Of a stretch of DNA of 48,932 bases, positions 33,109 to 43,071 are shown piece after piece; within the stretch, counting starts at the first letter, position 1, and every line of letters begins with the position of its first letter. The notes under the pieces are model-generated. The model was not told the origin of the DNA. It was given only the letters and a program-made list of their open reading frames with translations, and did not search any database. The DNA is taken from UHGV virus genome UHGV-1350838. One strand, given 5' to 3'. The DNA comes from a virus. The translations under genes were made by a program, and so were the position numbers.

Positions 33109-33780
33109 TCAGCGACCAATCACCACAACCTGACCACCGTCCCCTTCGTCTGCCGTGCTGATCTCCTGAGAAACCACGCGTGACCCCACGCGCATTTCCC
33201 CGTACAGAACAGGCAGAACATTGCCCTGGGCAACCATGTTATCCAGTGAGGAGAAATAGGTGTTCTGCTTACCGTTATCCGTTGTCTGTATACGGGGAGT
33301 TCTGGCTTTCGGTGCCAGCATCTGCGCCACACCACCGAGCACCATACTGGCACCGAGAGAAAACAGGATGCCGGTCATACCACCGGCCCCAATGGCTGCC
33401 CCCCATGCTGCAAGGGTGGCTCCGGCGGTAAAGAATGATCCGGCAATGGCGGCAGCCCCCAGGACAATCTGGAATACGCCACCTGACTTGGCCCCGGCGA
33501 CTCTGGGAACAATATGAATTACAGCGCCATCAGGCAGAGTCTCATGTAACTGCGCCGTTAACCCGGACGTGCTGACGTCCCGCCCGGCAATCCGTACCTG
33601 ATACCAGCCGTCGCTCAGTTTCTGACGAAACGCCGGGAGCTGTGTGGCCAGTGCCCGGATGGCTTCAGCCCCCGTTTTCACACGAAGGTCGATGCGGCGA
33701 CCAAATCGTTGTAAATCCCCGTAAAGGCAGATGCGCGCCATGCCCGGTGACGCCAGAGGGAGTGTGTGCGTCGCTGCCAT
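33109..33780 (-). CDS. I: Tail tip assembly protein I
   Basis: 223 aa; overlaps the K 3' end by 103 bp. Confidence 0.9.
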   Translation of the reverse strand: MAATHTLPLASPGMARICLYGDLQRFGRRIDLRVKTGAEAIRALATQLPAFRQKLSDGWYQVRIAGRDVSTSGLTAQLHETLPDGAVIHIVPRVAGAKSGGVFQIVLGAAAIAGSFFTAGATLAAWGAAIGAGGMTGILFSLGASMVLGGVAQMLAPKARTPRIQTTDNGKQNTYFSSLDNMVAQGNVLPVLYGEMRVGSRVVSQEISTADEGDGGQVVVIGR

Positions 33781-34421
33781 TTGTCGGTGTACCTCTCTCG
33801 TTTGCTCAGTTGTTCAGGAATATGGTGCAGCAGCTCGCCGTCGCCGCAGTAAATTGCGGCGTGATTCGGCACTGATGAACCAAAACAGCACAGCAGCACA
33901 TCGCCCGGCTGTGCCGCTGACAACGGCACCTGATACAGCCCCGTCGCCTCCAGATTATCCAGATAGAGATTCTGGCCGTTACGCCACCAGTCATCCTCAC
34001 GATGAAAGTCCGGCATCTCAATCCCCGCCAGATGATAAGCATCCCGGAACAGTGTGTAACAGTCCGTCACACCGTGCTCAAAGCGCCGCCCGGTGAGATG
34101 CGGCACACAGCGGAACTTATGAATCGTCCCCCGGCAGACCAGCCACCACGGCAAATCACTCTGCACCTGCAGCCGCCGGTCGGCCTCACTCAGCCAGGGC
34201 AGACCACCGGGGTGGCTGTGGACCAGCGCCACAATCTCACCCTGCATTTCTGCCTGCAGCCAGTCTTCCGGCGACATACGGAAATACGCCTCCGGCTCAC
34301 CGGAGATATTCACGCAGGGGAAATATCTTTCCCCCTCCGGCGTGCTTACCACGAAGCCGCACGACTCCGCTGGCGCACATCGCCGGGCGTGCGCCAGAAT
34401 CGCTGATTCTGTCTGTGTCAT
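33678..34421 (-). CDS. K: Tail tip assembly protein K (long form; classical 199-aa annotation starts internally at 34277)
   Basis: 247-aa ORF; JAMM motif HSHPGGLPWLSEAD plus C-terminal NlpC/P60-like Cys/His; ATG 6 nt after the L stop. Confidence 0.8.
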   Translation of the reverse strand: MTQTESAILAHARRCAPAESCGFVVSTPEGERYFPCVNISGEPEAYFRMSPEDWLQAEMQGEIVALVHSHPGGLPWLSEADRRLQVQSDLPWWLVCRGTIHKFRCVPHLTGRRFEHGVTDCYTLFRDAYHLAGIEMPDFHREDDWWRNGQNLYLDNLEATGLYQVPLSAAQPGDVLLCCFGSSVPNHAAIYCGDGELLHHIPEQLSKRERYTDKWQRRTHSLWRHRAWRASAFTGIYNDLVAASTFV

Positions 34422-34426
34422 GGGAT

Positions 34427-35125
34427 TTACTGCGAAAGTTTGTTAATGGAAAGGAAGCCGCCAAAGTTGCCGACGTTATTGCGGAACTTACAACCGCTCA
34501 GGCATTTGCTGCATTTATCCTTCGTGATATCGGACGTTGGCTGGTCATATTCATCCGCGACAGCCGGACCGCTATAACCGCACTCGTCACCGCGATAGGT
34601 CCAGGTGCAGGTGTTGGCCAGCATGATACGTCCCGGAAAAACAGCGCCATCCGTTTCCGTCGGCGTGGACAGTACAAAGGAGGCACTCACCGCGCTCAGT
34701 TCGCTGCACTGCTCAATGCGCCAGCGGCTGATCACCTCCTGCTCCGGATCGGCGTAACTGTTTCCGTTGACGAAGTTCACCGCATCCAGAAAACGGGCGT
34801 AAACCTTACGCCGGACCACCGTTCCGCCGACCAGACTCTGCATATCTTCCGCCATCCCGGTGACCATACCGTACAGGTTAGAAACCGTCAGCGTGGGGCG
34901 CGTACTGGTGCCTTTGCCATTCAGTTCAAAACCGCTCCCCTGAATGGGATACGGCTGATACTGTCGCCCCTGCCAGGTGACCGGCTCACCTTTTTCGTTC
35001 TGCTCATTACAGAAAAAATAACGTTCTCCACCGACCTCTGTCAGGTCGATTTCCCAGAGCACCACGCTGGCCGACTGCTCCGCACGGGTGCATTCATTCA
35101 GTGTTTCCTGCCGGATATCCTGCAT
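34427..35125 (-). CDS. L: Tail tip protein L
   Basis: 232 aa. Confidence 0.9.
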   Translation of the reverse strand: MQDIRQETLNECTRAEQSASVVLWEIDLTEVGGERYFFCNEQNEKGEPVTWQGRQYQPYPIQGSGFELNGKGTSTRPTLTVSNLYGMVTGMAEDMQSLVGGTVVRRKVYARFLDAVNFVNGNSYADPEQEVISRWRIEQCSELSAVSASFVLSTPTETDGAVFPGRIMLANTCTWTYRGDECGYSGPAVADEYDQPTSDITKDKCSKCLSGCKFRNNVGNFGGFLSINKLSQ

Positions 35126-35454
35126 CAGTTCACCACCTGTTCAAACTCTGCGCTGAACTCAACACGCAGCATACTGACCCGCGACGACCATTTTGCGCAG
35201 GTCACCTTTATCTGCCGCCACTCATAAGGCGGCGTCCACAGAAAGGATTTCCAGCCCCCGTGCTCTTCCAGAAACGACTCCAGTACCGTGGCCTCCTCAC
35301 GGGGGACAGAAAGCGTCACGCTGTACGTTTTCAGGTTGGCATTCAGCCCGGCAGGCGCTCGCTGAGAATAGCCATCACCAAAGCGCACCTTTCTTACAGA
35401 AGGGACCGAAGCCACATCCATACCGGGTTTCACTTTCCAGCGGAAGGTCTTCAT
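35125..35454 (-). CDS. M: Tail tip protein M
   Basis: 109 aa. Confidence 0.9.
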   Translation of the reverse strand: MKTFRWKVKPGMDVASVPSVRKVRFGDGYSQRAPAGLNANLKTYSVTLSVPREEATVLESFLEEHGGWKSFLWTPPYEWRQIKVTCAKWSSRVSMLRVEFSAEFEQVVN

Positions 35455-38012
35455 CGTCCACCTCCGGAGAACAGGCCACCATCACGCATCTGTGTCTGAA
35501 TTTCATCACGGGCACCCTTGCGGGCCATGTCATACACCGCCTTCAGAGCAGCCGGACCTATCTGCCCGTTCGTGCCGTCGTTGTTAATCACCACATGGTT
35601 ATTCTGCTCAAACGTCCCGGACGCCTGCGACCGGCTGTCTGCCATGCTGCCCGGTGTACCGACATAACCGCCGGTGGCATAGCCGCGCATCAGCCGGTAA
35701 AGATTCCCCACGCCAATCCGGCTGGTTGCCTCCTTCGTGAAGACAAACTCACCACGGTGAACAATCCCCGCTGGCTCATATTTGCCGCCGGTTCCCGTAA
35801 ATCCTCCGGTTGCAAAATGGAATTTCGCCGCAGCGGCCTGAATGGCTGTACCGCCTGACGCGGATGCGCCGCCACCAACAGCCCCGCCAATGGCGCTGCC
35901 GATACTCCCGACAATCCCCACCATTGCCTGCTTAAGCAGAATTTCTGTCATCATGGACAGCACGGAACGGGTGAAGCTGCGCCAGTTCTGCTCACTGCCG
36001 GTCAGCATCGCCGCCATATTCTGTGCAATACCATCAAAGGTCTGCGTGGCTGCACTTTTTACCTGCGACATACTGTCCGTGGCGCTCTCTTCCCACTCAC
36101 TCCAGCCGGACTTCAGGCCTGCCATCCAGTTCCCGCGAAGCTGGTCTTCAGCCGCCCAGGTCTTTTTCTGCTCTGACATGACGTTATTCAGCGCCAGCGG
36201 ATTATCGCCATACTGTTCCTTCAGGCGCTGTTCCGTGGCTTCCCGTTCTGCCTGCCGGTCAGTCAGCCCCCGGCTTTTCGCATCAATGGCGGCCCGTTTT
36301 GCCCGTTGCTGCTGTGCGAATTTATCCGCCTGCTGCGCCAGCGCGTTCAGGCGCTCCTGATACGTAACCTTGTCGCCAAGTGCAGCCAGCTGGCGTTTGT
36401 ACTCCAGCGTCTCATCTTTATGCGCCAGCAGGGATTTCTCCTGTGCAGACAGCTGGCGACGTTGCGCCGCCTCCTCCAGTACCGCGAACTGACTCTCCGC
36501 CTTCCACAAATCCCGGCGCTGCTGGCTGATTTTCTCATTTGCTCCGGCATGCTTCTCCAGCGTCCGGAGTTCTGCCTGAAGCGTCAGCAGGGCAGCATGA
36601 GCACTGTCTTCCTGACGATCGCCCGCAGACACCTTCACGCTGGACTGTTTCGGCTTTTTCAGCGTCGCTTCATAATCCTTTTTCGCCGCCGCCATCAGCG
36701 TGTTGTAATCCGCCTGCAGGATTTTCCCGTCTTTCAGTGCCTTGTTCAGTTCTTCCTGACGGGCGGTATATTTCTCCAGCGGCGTCTGCAGCCGTTCGTA
36801 AGCCTTCTGCGCCTCTTCGGTATATTTCAGCCGTGACGCTTCGGTATCGCTCTGCTGCTGCGCATTTTTGTCCTGTTGAGTCTGCTGCTCAGCCTTCTTT
36901 CGGGCGGCTTCAAGCGCAAGACGGGCCTTTTCACGATCATCCCAGTAACGCGCCCGCGCTTCATCGTTAACAAAATAATCATCCTTGCGCAGATTCCAGA
37001 TGTCGTCTGCTTTCTTATACGCAGCCTCTGCCTTAATCAGCATCTCCTGCGCGGTATCAGGACGACCAATATCCAGCACCGCATCCCACATGGATTTGAA
37101 TGCCCGCGCAGTCCTGTCTGCCCAGGTCTCCAGCGTGCCCATGTTCTCTTTCAGGCGGCGGGTCTGGTCATCAAACCCTTTCGTTGCGGCCTCGTTCGCC
37201 GCCTGCAATGCCCCGGCTTCATCGCCGGAACGCTGCAACTGAGCAACATACGCAATCTGCTCCGCCGACACGTTATGGAACTGGCGAGCCATCGCCGTCA
37301 GCCCCGACGTCGGGTCTGTGGTCAGCTTCCCGAAGGCTTCAGCGACCTTGTCCACCTCCACGCCGGATGCAGAGGAGAAACGCGCCACACTCTGGCTGAT
37401 GGACGCAATCTGAGCCTCACCGCTTACCCCCGCCTTAACCAGTGCGCTGAGTGACTCGCTGGTCTGGTTAAACGTCAGCCCTGCCGCCTGCCCGGCTCTG
37501 GACAGGACCAGCATACGATCTGCCGTCAGTCCCGCCTGATTGCCGGAAAGGACCAGCGTTTTGTTGAAATCGGACAGGGTTGAGTTGCCCTGATACCAGG
37601 CATACGCCAGCGCACCGGTCGCCACCGCCAGCGAGGTGGCCCCCACCATCGGCAGGGTGATCGCACCGGCAAGCCCCCTGAACATGGGGATCATCCCGCC
37701 GAAGGAGTCCTTCACCTGCCCCCCCTGTTGCAGCAGGATCAGCCACGGACTTTGCCCGCCTGCAAGCTGCGTGGCCACGTCGGTGAACTGTGCAGGCAGC
37801 ATACGCATGGCGGCTTTATACTGCCCGACGGAAATCCCCGCTTTCTGTGCAGCCAGCGCCTGTCGGCTCAGCGACTGTTCAACGACTGCCGCTGTTTTTT
37901 TCGCATCACTTTCCGTACCAGAAAAATGACGCCTGACTCTGGCCATCTGCTCGTCAAATCTGGCCGCATCCAGACTCAAATCAACGACCAGATCGCCTAC
38001 CGGTTCAGCCAT
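35451..38012 (-). CDS. H: Tape measure protein H
   Basis: 853 aa, coiled-coil rich. Confidence 0.95.
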   Translation of the reverse strand: MAEPVGDLVVDLSLDAARFDEQMARVRRHFSGTESDAKKTAAVVEQSLSRQALAAQKAGISVGQYKAAMRMLPAQFTDVATQLAGGQSPWLILLQQGGQVKDSFGGMIPMFRGLAGAITLPMVGATSLAVATGALAYAWYQGNSTLSDFNKTLVLSGNQAGLTADRMLVLSRAGQAAGLTFNQTSESLSALVKAGVSGEAQIASISQSVARFSSASGVEVDKVAEAFGKLTTDPTSGLTAMARQFHNVSAEQIAYVAQLQRSGDEAGALQAANEAATKGFDDQTRRLKENMGTLETWADRTARAFKSMWDAVLDIGRPDTAQEMLIKAEAAYKKADDIWNLRKDDYFVNDEARARYWDDREKARLALEAARKKAEQQTQQDKNAQQQSDTEASRLKYTEEAQKAYERLQTPLEKYTARQEELNKALKDGKILQADYNTLMAAAKKDYEATLKKPKQSSVKVSAGDRQEDSAHAALLTLQAELRTLEKHAGANEKISQQRRDLWKAESQFAVLEEAAQRRQLSAQEKSLLAHKDETLEYKRQLAALGDKVTYQERLNALAQQADKFAQQQRAKRAAIDAKSRGLTDRQAEREATEQRLKEQYGDNPLALNNVMSEQKKTWAAEDQLRGNWMAGLKSGWSEWEESATDSMSQVKSAATQTFDGIAQNMAAMLTGSEQNWRSFTRSVLSMMTEILLKQAMVGIVGSIGSAIGGAVGGGASASGGTAIQAAAAKFHFATGGFTGTGGKYEPAGIVHRGEFVFTKEATSRIGVGNLYRLMRGYATGGYVGTPGSMADSRSQASGTFEQNNHVVINNDGTNGQIGPAALKAVYDMARKGARDEIQTQMRDGGLFSGGGR

Positions 38013-38439
38013 ACCGGACTCCTCCTGCGATCCCTTCTGATACTGTCATCAGCATTACGTCATCCTCCGTCATGTCCGCCACATCCGGGGAAGCGGGGAT
38101 AACTTCATTCCCGTCCGGGCCAAAGCGGACACCTCCGGCAAGCCCTGCCGCTTTCTGCATCAGCACATCATCTTCAGGCTCTTCGTCAGCCTCGCGCCGG
38201 TTCAGCAGACTGAAATCCAGCGGATGCATATCCGGATCGCTGAAAAACAGGCTGAGCACGGTGTACGTCAGCCCGGAAAAGTGCATATCCAGCAGAACAT
38301 CATGAAAATAATGGGTACTGTAAAAGCGGTGCCAGTCGGCATACTCCGTGGATGACATCCCGGCAAGCATGGCACGCCAGTCGGGTCGCCCCATCTCACG
38401 CGCCAGTTTCAGGGCAAAACTCAGCTCACCGTCGAACAC
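38005..38439 (-). CDS. T: T portion of the G-T tail assembly chaperone (expressed by -1 frameshift from G)
   Basis: 144-aa ORF overlapping the G 3' end; slippery heptamer G GGA AAG on the minus strand at 38439..38445. Confidence 0.85.
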   Translation of the reverse strand: MFDGELSFALKLAREMGRPDWRAMLAGMSSTEYADWHRFYSTHYFHDVLLDMHFSGLTYTVLSLFFSDPDMHPLDFSLLNRREADEEPEDDVLMQKAAGLAGGVRFGPDGNEVIPASPDVADMTEDDVMLMTVSEGIAGGVRYG

Positions 38440-38843
38440 TTTCCCGCAGAAACAGGCTCTGCGGGCCCGGCGTCCTCTGTCTGTTCAGGGGCATTATTCA
38501 CCACAAACTCATACATACCAGACAGCCGGTACACCACGTTTTCAGCATGAGAAATTGCCTCCGTGGGCCAGGTGGTAAGCACTTCCTGCTCAATCTGTTT
38601 AACGGCTTCATTCATGGACGGCATCTGCGTCTTCTGCGGATGGTTATGCCACAGGGACATCGCCACCAGAAACGCGCCGGTTCTGATGGCGTCTTCCACA
38701 GTAAACTTCCGGTTGCTGTCTGACTCCGCCTGTTCTGCCTGCCGTTTCATCAGGGCGAGATGCTCAATGCGCTGCAGGGCTGACAGTTCAGAAAGCGTGA
38801 CGGTCACACCGTTATGTTCAAATGATTCGGTTTTCAGGAACAT
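38421..38843 (-). CDS. G: Tail assembly chaperone G
   Basis: 140 aa. Confidence 0.9.
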   Translation of the reverse strand: MFLKTESFEHNGVTVTLSELSALQRIEHLALMKRQAEQAESDSNRKFTVEDAIRTGAFLVAMSLWHNHPQKTQMPSMNEAVKQIEQEVLTTWPTEAISHAENVVYRLSGMYEFVVNNAPEQTEDAGPAEPVSAGKCSTVS

Positions 38844-38858
38844 CGCTGACTCTCCGGA

Positions 38859-39599
38859 TTAACTGGCGGTGACGGTAATTTCTGCAACCGCAGCAAACTC
38901 ACCATTACCGGATACAACCGGAATGTTGACCTTGCCTGCAGCAACGCCGTTCACGGTGATGGTCATACCACTGACCGACACGGTGGCTTTTGTTTTATCC
39001 GCAGACACCGCACGAAAGCTCTTGTCGGTTACGCCCTCCGGCTGGAAGGCCACGGTCAGCGTGGTGCTCTGCCCTTTCACCACCGAGGTGCTGGCAGGCG
39101 TCACGGTCATGCCGGTTGCCGCTGTTACCGTGCTGCGATCTTCTGCCATCGACGGACGTCCCACATTGGTGACTTTCACCGTGCGGGTGATCACTTCCTT
39201 CGCCGTCACCGCCTTACCGATACTGCTGACCCAGCCACGGAACACATCGACCGTGCCGTTCGGGAAGCGGATTTTATAGGCACGGGTATCGCCTTCATTA
39301 AACCACGCCAGCAGCGCCTGCTGCCCCTGCTCTCCGGGCATCCACGCCAGCGTGAAGCTGGTATCTCCGGCAGATTTCTGCCCCTGCCCGGTCGCAGTCC
39401 AGTCTGCATCTTCATCATCGAGATAGCTGTCGTCATAGGACTCAGCGGTCAGTTCGCCGGGCGTCAGGTCTTTAACTTTTGCCAGACGCGACCAGTCAAC
39501 GTCTGAAAGCGGATTCGCGTAAGGGTCACCGCTCCCCTTATAAACCCACAGGGTGGTCCCGGCACCTTTCACCGGCATTGTAGGATTTGGTACAGGCAT
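38859..39599 (-). CDS. V: Major tail protein V
   Basis: 246 aa from [22 protein letters not shown]. Confidence 0.95.
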
Positions 39600-39606
39600 A
39601 GCGTCC

Positions 39607-40002
39607 TCACATTTCATAGGTAATGACATAAGTCAGATCGGCTGAACTCCACAAGCCCGCATCATCGTCGCGCCGGTAGTCATAGCCGCTGGCCACCATA
39701 CTGGTGATCAAATCTGACAGTGCCGGGATATCGCTCATCACCGGATAAATCCGGGACTCCATCCACGCATCCAGCTCTGAATCCGGCACCTGAGCAGGCA
39801 GGAAAACTTCGATATGCAGCTCCGCCTGCCAGGTATCGCTGTCCAGCTCTTCGCCCGTGTATTCAGCGCCGGTGAGATAAACGGCAACTGCCGGAAAATC
39901 CGCCTCATCAAAAACAGCGGGGCGACCATCAAAAAACGTCGCCCCGGTGTCATGCTTCTCCAGTGCATCCAGTACGGCTGCACGGAGTTCAGTATGTTTC
40001 AT
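39607..40002 (-). CDS. U: Tail terminator U
   Basis: 131 aa. Confidence 0.9.
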
Positions 40003-40577
40003 CGCTTTATTACCATCCTCAGTTGATGCTGCAGCGCATAGCCCAGCTCTTTCGGAAGACGTTCACGCCGTATCCGCTCAATATTTTGTTTAAACGCCGT
40101 GGTCAGCGGCACCGCCATCGGGATTTTCACCACATCAATGGGGTAACGGTTTTTCCCAGCCACACGCTGCATGACATGCCACCGGCCATTTTTCAGTTGC
40201 TGAATAAACGCGCCGGGAATACGACGGTTACCCACCACAAGCACGCTGCCGCCACCTTTCAGGGATGAACGCTGCCCCTTTTTACGACGCCTGCGGCGCG
40301 AAAGGACAACCCGCGCATTACCCAGCTTGATTACGGGCAAATCCCCCCGGTTAACTTTGATTCTGGCCTGCGGATTTTTGACCGTGGCCCTTTTCAGCCT
40401 GGCCCTTTCCTTTACCAGTTTCCGGCGTACCTTTGTCTCACGGGCAACCTGTGACGCCGACTGCGATATCGCGGATGAAGCAACGCGGTTAATGGCCATT
40501 GCGGCGGCACCAGGCACCGCCGTTTTGCTGATACGGCTGAGGTTTTCAACGGCCTGCTCAAGACCTTTTATGGCCAT
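39999..40577 (-). CDS. Z: Tail completion protein Z
   Basis: 192 aa. Confidence 0.9.
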   Translation of the reverse strand: MAIKGLEQAVENLSRISKTAVPGAAAMAINRVASSAISQSASQVARETKVRRKLVKERARLKRATVKNPQARIKVNRGDLPVIKLGNARVVLSRRRRRKKGQRSSLKGGGSVLVVGNRRIPGAFIQQLKNGRWHVMQRVAGKNRYPIDVVKIPMAVPLTTAFKQNIERIRRERLPKELGYALQHQLRMVIKR

Positions 40578-40588
40578 ACATCCCCCTT

Positions 40589-40942
40589 TCAGCGGCGACG
40601 GTTAACGGCAGGCGGTACGCCCCGTCCAAGCCAGAGATGACAACTTCCGCCATCATCCGGCGAAACCCGATCTACCCAGAAATTTTCCTCACCGATGGTC
40701 AGCGTGTCTCCACGCCGCAGCTGCCGCACCTCATCAGTCCGGACAAACAGGGACGGGCTGGAGCCTTCAACGCGCACGCCCTGTCCGGCATAGCTGATAT
40801 TTTCAGGGTCATCAAAAACACCACGTATCACCGCACCTGACTGCTCACCGGATGTAATGGTGGCTGACGTTCCCATGTACCCGCGTATCGTTTCATCGGC
40901 GCGGGCAATGGCAGCATCGAACAGGTTATCGAAATCAGCCAC
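40589..40942 (-). CDS. FII: Head-tail connector FII
   Basis: 117 aa. Confidence 0.9.
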   Translation of the reverse strand: MADFDNLFDAAIARADETIRGYMGTSATITSGEQSGAVIRGVFDDPENISYAGQGVRVEGSSPSLFVRTDEVRQLRRGDTLTIGEENFWVDRVSPDDGGSCHLWLGRGVPPAVNRRR

Positions 40943-40953
40943 AGCGCCTCCCG

Positions 40954-41352
40954 TTATTGCATTCTGGCCAGGCCGCGCTCTGTCATTTCGGCTGCCACAC
41001 CGGCAGAGACACGAAACGCCGTTCCCGGCAGCACAAATGCCACAGGTTCATCCCGCGTGGCGTGAAGTGCATCAGTATGCAGCTTCACCAGTGCCACGAC
41101 CGTGACCAGTTCAGACGTATCCAGAATCACGGTATCCGGCTGCGCTGATCCCACCTCATTTTCATGTCCGGTCAGCACATTTTCCCGGCTGAGAGGGGTG
41201 TCCTGACCGGCAGTTTCATCCGTGTCATCAAGCTCCTCTTTCAGCTCTGCCACACGGAGCGCCAGTTCTTCTTTCGTCCCCGTCAGGCTGACATCACGGT
41301 TCAGTTGTTCACCCAGCGAGCGGAGACGGGCAATCAGTTCATCTTTCGTCAT
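40954..41352 (-). CDS. FI: DNA packaging protein FI
   Basis: 132 aa from MTKDELIARLRSLGEQ. Confidence 0.9.
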   Translation of the reverse strand: MTKDELIARLRSLGEQLNRDVSLTGTKEELALRVAELKEELDDTDETAGQDTPLSRENVLTGHENEVGSAQPDTVILDTSELVTVVALVKLHTDALHATRDEPVAFVLPGTAFRVSAGVAAEMTERGLARMQ

Positions 41353-41393
41353 GGACTCCTCCACAGAGAAACAATGGCCCCGAAGGGCCATGA

Positions 41394-42419
41394 TTACGCC
41401 AGTTGTACGGACACGAACTCATCAGGGTCAGCCAGCAGCATCAGCGGTGCTGACTGAATCATGGTGAACTCACGCGCCGGATCGCCGGTGGTCACCCAGT
41501 TTTTCGGGTAACGGGCAGAGGCGTTAATGCCTTCGCGCTGTGCGTCCGCATCCTGAATGCAGCCATAGGTGCGCAGACCGCGTGCCTGAGTGTTCCCCAG
41601 CACCATCGTGTTGTCCGGCAGGAAGTTCTTTTTGACGCCGTTTTCCACGTACTGTCCGGAATACACGACGATGGCCACATCGCCATACATCCCCTTATAG
41701 GACACCGCTTTGCCCAGGTCTTTCACCGCTGTCTCCAGCTCGGAATTAGAGCCACGACGGGTATCCAGCTTCTCCTTGACGGCTTTGAAGGAACGGAACA
41801 GCGCCCAGCCTTTCGGATCGAACACGATGATATTCACCACACCGCTGGCGTTCAGCGCGTAGGCTTCGATATCGTCGGTCGGGTCATACGTGGACTTGTC
41901 ACGCTTGCTCCACTCCGTGCCGCCGGACTGCGTGATGTTATTCTCCTCACTGCGGCCCATATCCACCTCAACCGGATCGAAGGCTTCACCGGTCATGGTG
42001 TATTTGCCCTTAAGCACGGCAGAAACTGCCTGCATCTCTTCGACCTGAGCAATGGCCAGCTCTTCGTCACGCATGTTCTGCATGATGATGCGACGGCGGC
42101 GGTAAGCCGGGTCCGCCAGATTCTGCGGATCTTCATCCGGCAGGCGACGCAGGGTCATCTGCGGATTCACTTCATGCTTCGGCTTGACATATCCCGGCGT
42201 AAATTCAGAGGTGGAGCCGCCACGGGAACGGATAACCTCACCGGAAACAATCGGCGAAACGTACAGCGCCATGTTTACCAGTCCCGGAATTTGTGAGAGA
42301 TAGACTTTCTCCGTGGTGAAGGGATAGCTCTCACGGAAAAAGAGACGCAGAAACAGCGGATCAAACTTAAATTTCTGCTCATTTGCCGCCAGCAGTTGGG
42401 CGGTTGTGTACATCGACAT
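41394..42419 (-). CDS. E: Major capsid protein E
   Basis: 341 aa from MSMYTTAQLLAANEQKFKFDPLFLRLFFRESYPF. Confidence 0.95.
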   Translation of the reverse strand: MSMYTTAQLLAANEQKFKFDPLFLRLFFRESYPFTTEKVYLSQIPGLVNMALYVSPIVSGEVIRSRGGSTSEFTPGYVKPKHEVNPQMTLRRLPDEDPQNLADPAYRRRRIIMQNMRDEELAIAQVEEMQAVSAVLKGKYTMTGEAFDPVEVDMGRSEENNITQSGGTEWSKRDKSTYDPTDDIEAYALNASGVVNIIVFDPKGWALFRSFKAVKEKLDTRRGSNSELETAVKDLGKAVSYKGMYGDVAIVVYSGQYVENGVKKNFLPDNTMVLGNTQARGLRTYGCIQDADAQREGINASARYPKNWVTTGDPAREFTMIQSAPLMLLADPDEFVSVQLA

Positions 42420-42474
42420 AAAAAAATCCCGTAAAAAAAGCCGCACAGGCGGCCTTTAGTGATGAAGGGTAAAG

Positions 42475-43062
42475 TTAAACGATGCTGATTGCCGTTCCGG
42501 CAAACGCGGTCCGTTTTTTCGTCTCGTCGCTGGCAGCCTCCGGCCAGAGCACATCCTCATAACGGAACGTGCCGGACTTGTAGAACGTCAGCGTGGTGCT
42601 GGTCTGGTCAGCAGCAACCGCAAGAATGCCAACGGCAGCACCGTCGGTGGTGCCATCCCACGCAACCAGCTTACGGCTGGAGGTGTCCAGCATCAGCGGG
42701 GTCATTGCAGGCGCTTTCGCACTCAATCCGCCGGGCGCGGTTGCGGTATGAGCCGGGTCACTGTTGCCCTGCGGCTGGTAATGGGTAAAGGTTTCTTTGC
42801 TCGTCACATCCTCATAACGGAACGTGCCGGACTTGTAGAACGTCAGCGTGGTGCTGGTCTGGTCAGCAGCAACCGCAAGAATGCCAACGGCAGCACCGTC
42901 GGTGGTGCCATCCCACGCAACCAGCTTACGGCTGGAGGTGTCCAGCATCAGCGGGGTCATTGCAGGCGCTTTCGCACTCAATCCGCCGGGCGCGGTTGCG
43001 GTATGAGCCGGGTCACTGTTGCCCTGCGGCTGGTAATGGGTAAAGGTTTCTTTGCTCGTCAT
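42475..43062 (-). CDS. D: Decoration protein D carrying an in-frame tandem duplication (195 aa versus the usual 110)
   Basis: [11 protein letters not shown]...TFRYEDV occurs twice in succession, then the normal C-terminus [24 protein letters not shown]. Confidence 0.9.
42551..43060. repeat. Perfect direct tandem duplication, 2 x 255 bp, inside D
   Basis: 42551..42805 is identical to 42806..43060 on direct comparison; boundary ambiguous by 1 nt. Confidence 0.9.
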
Positions 43063-43071
43063 AAACATCCC

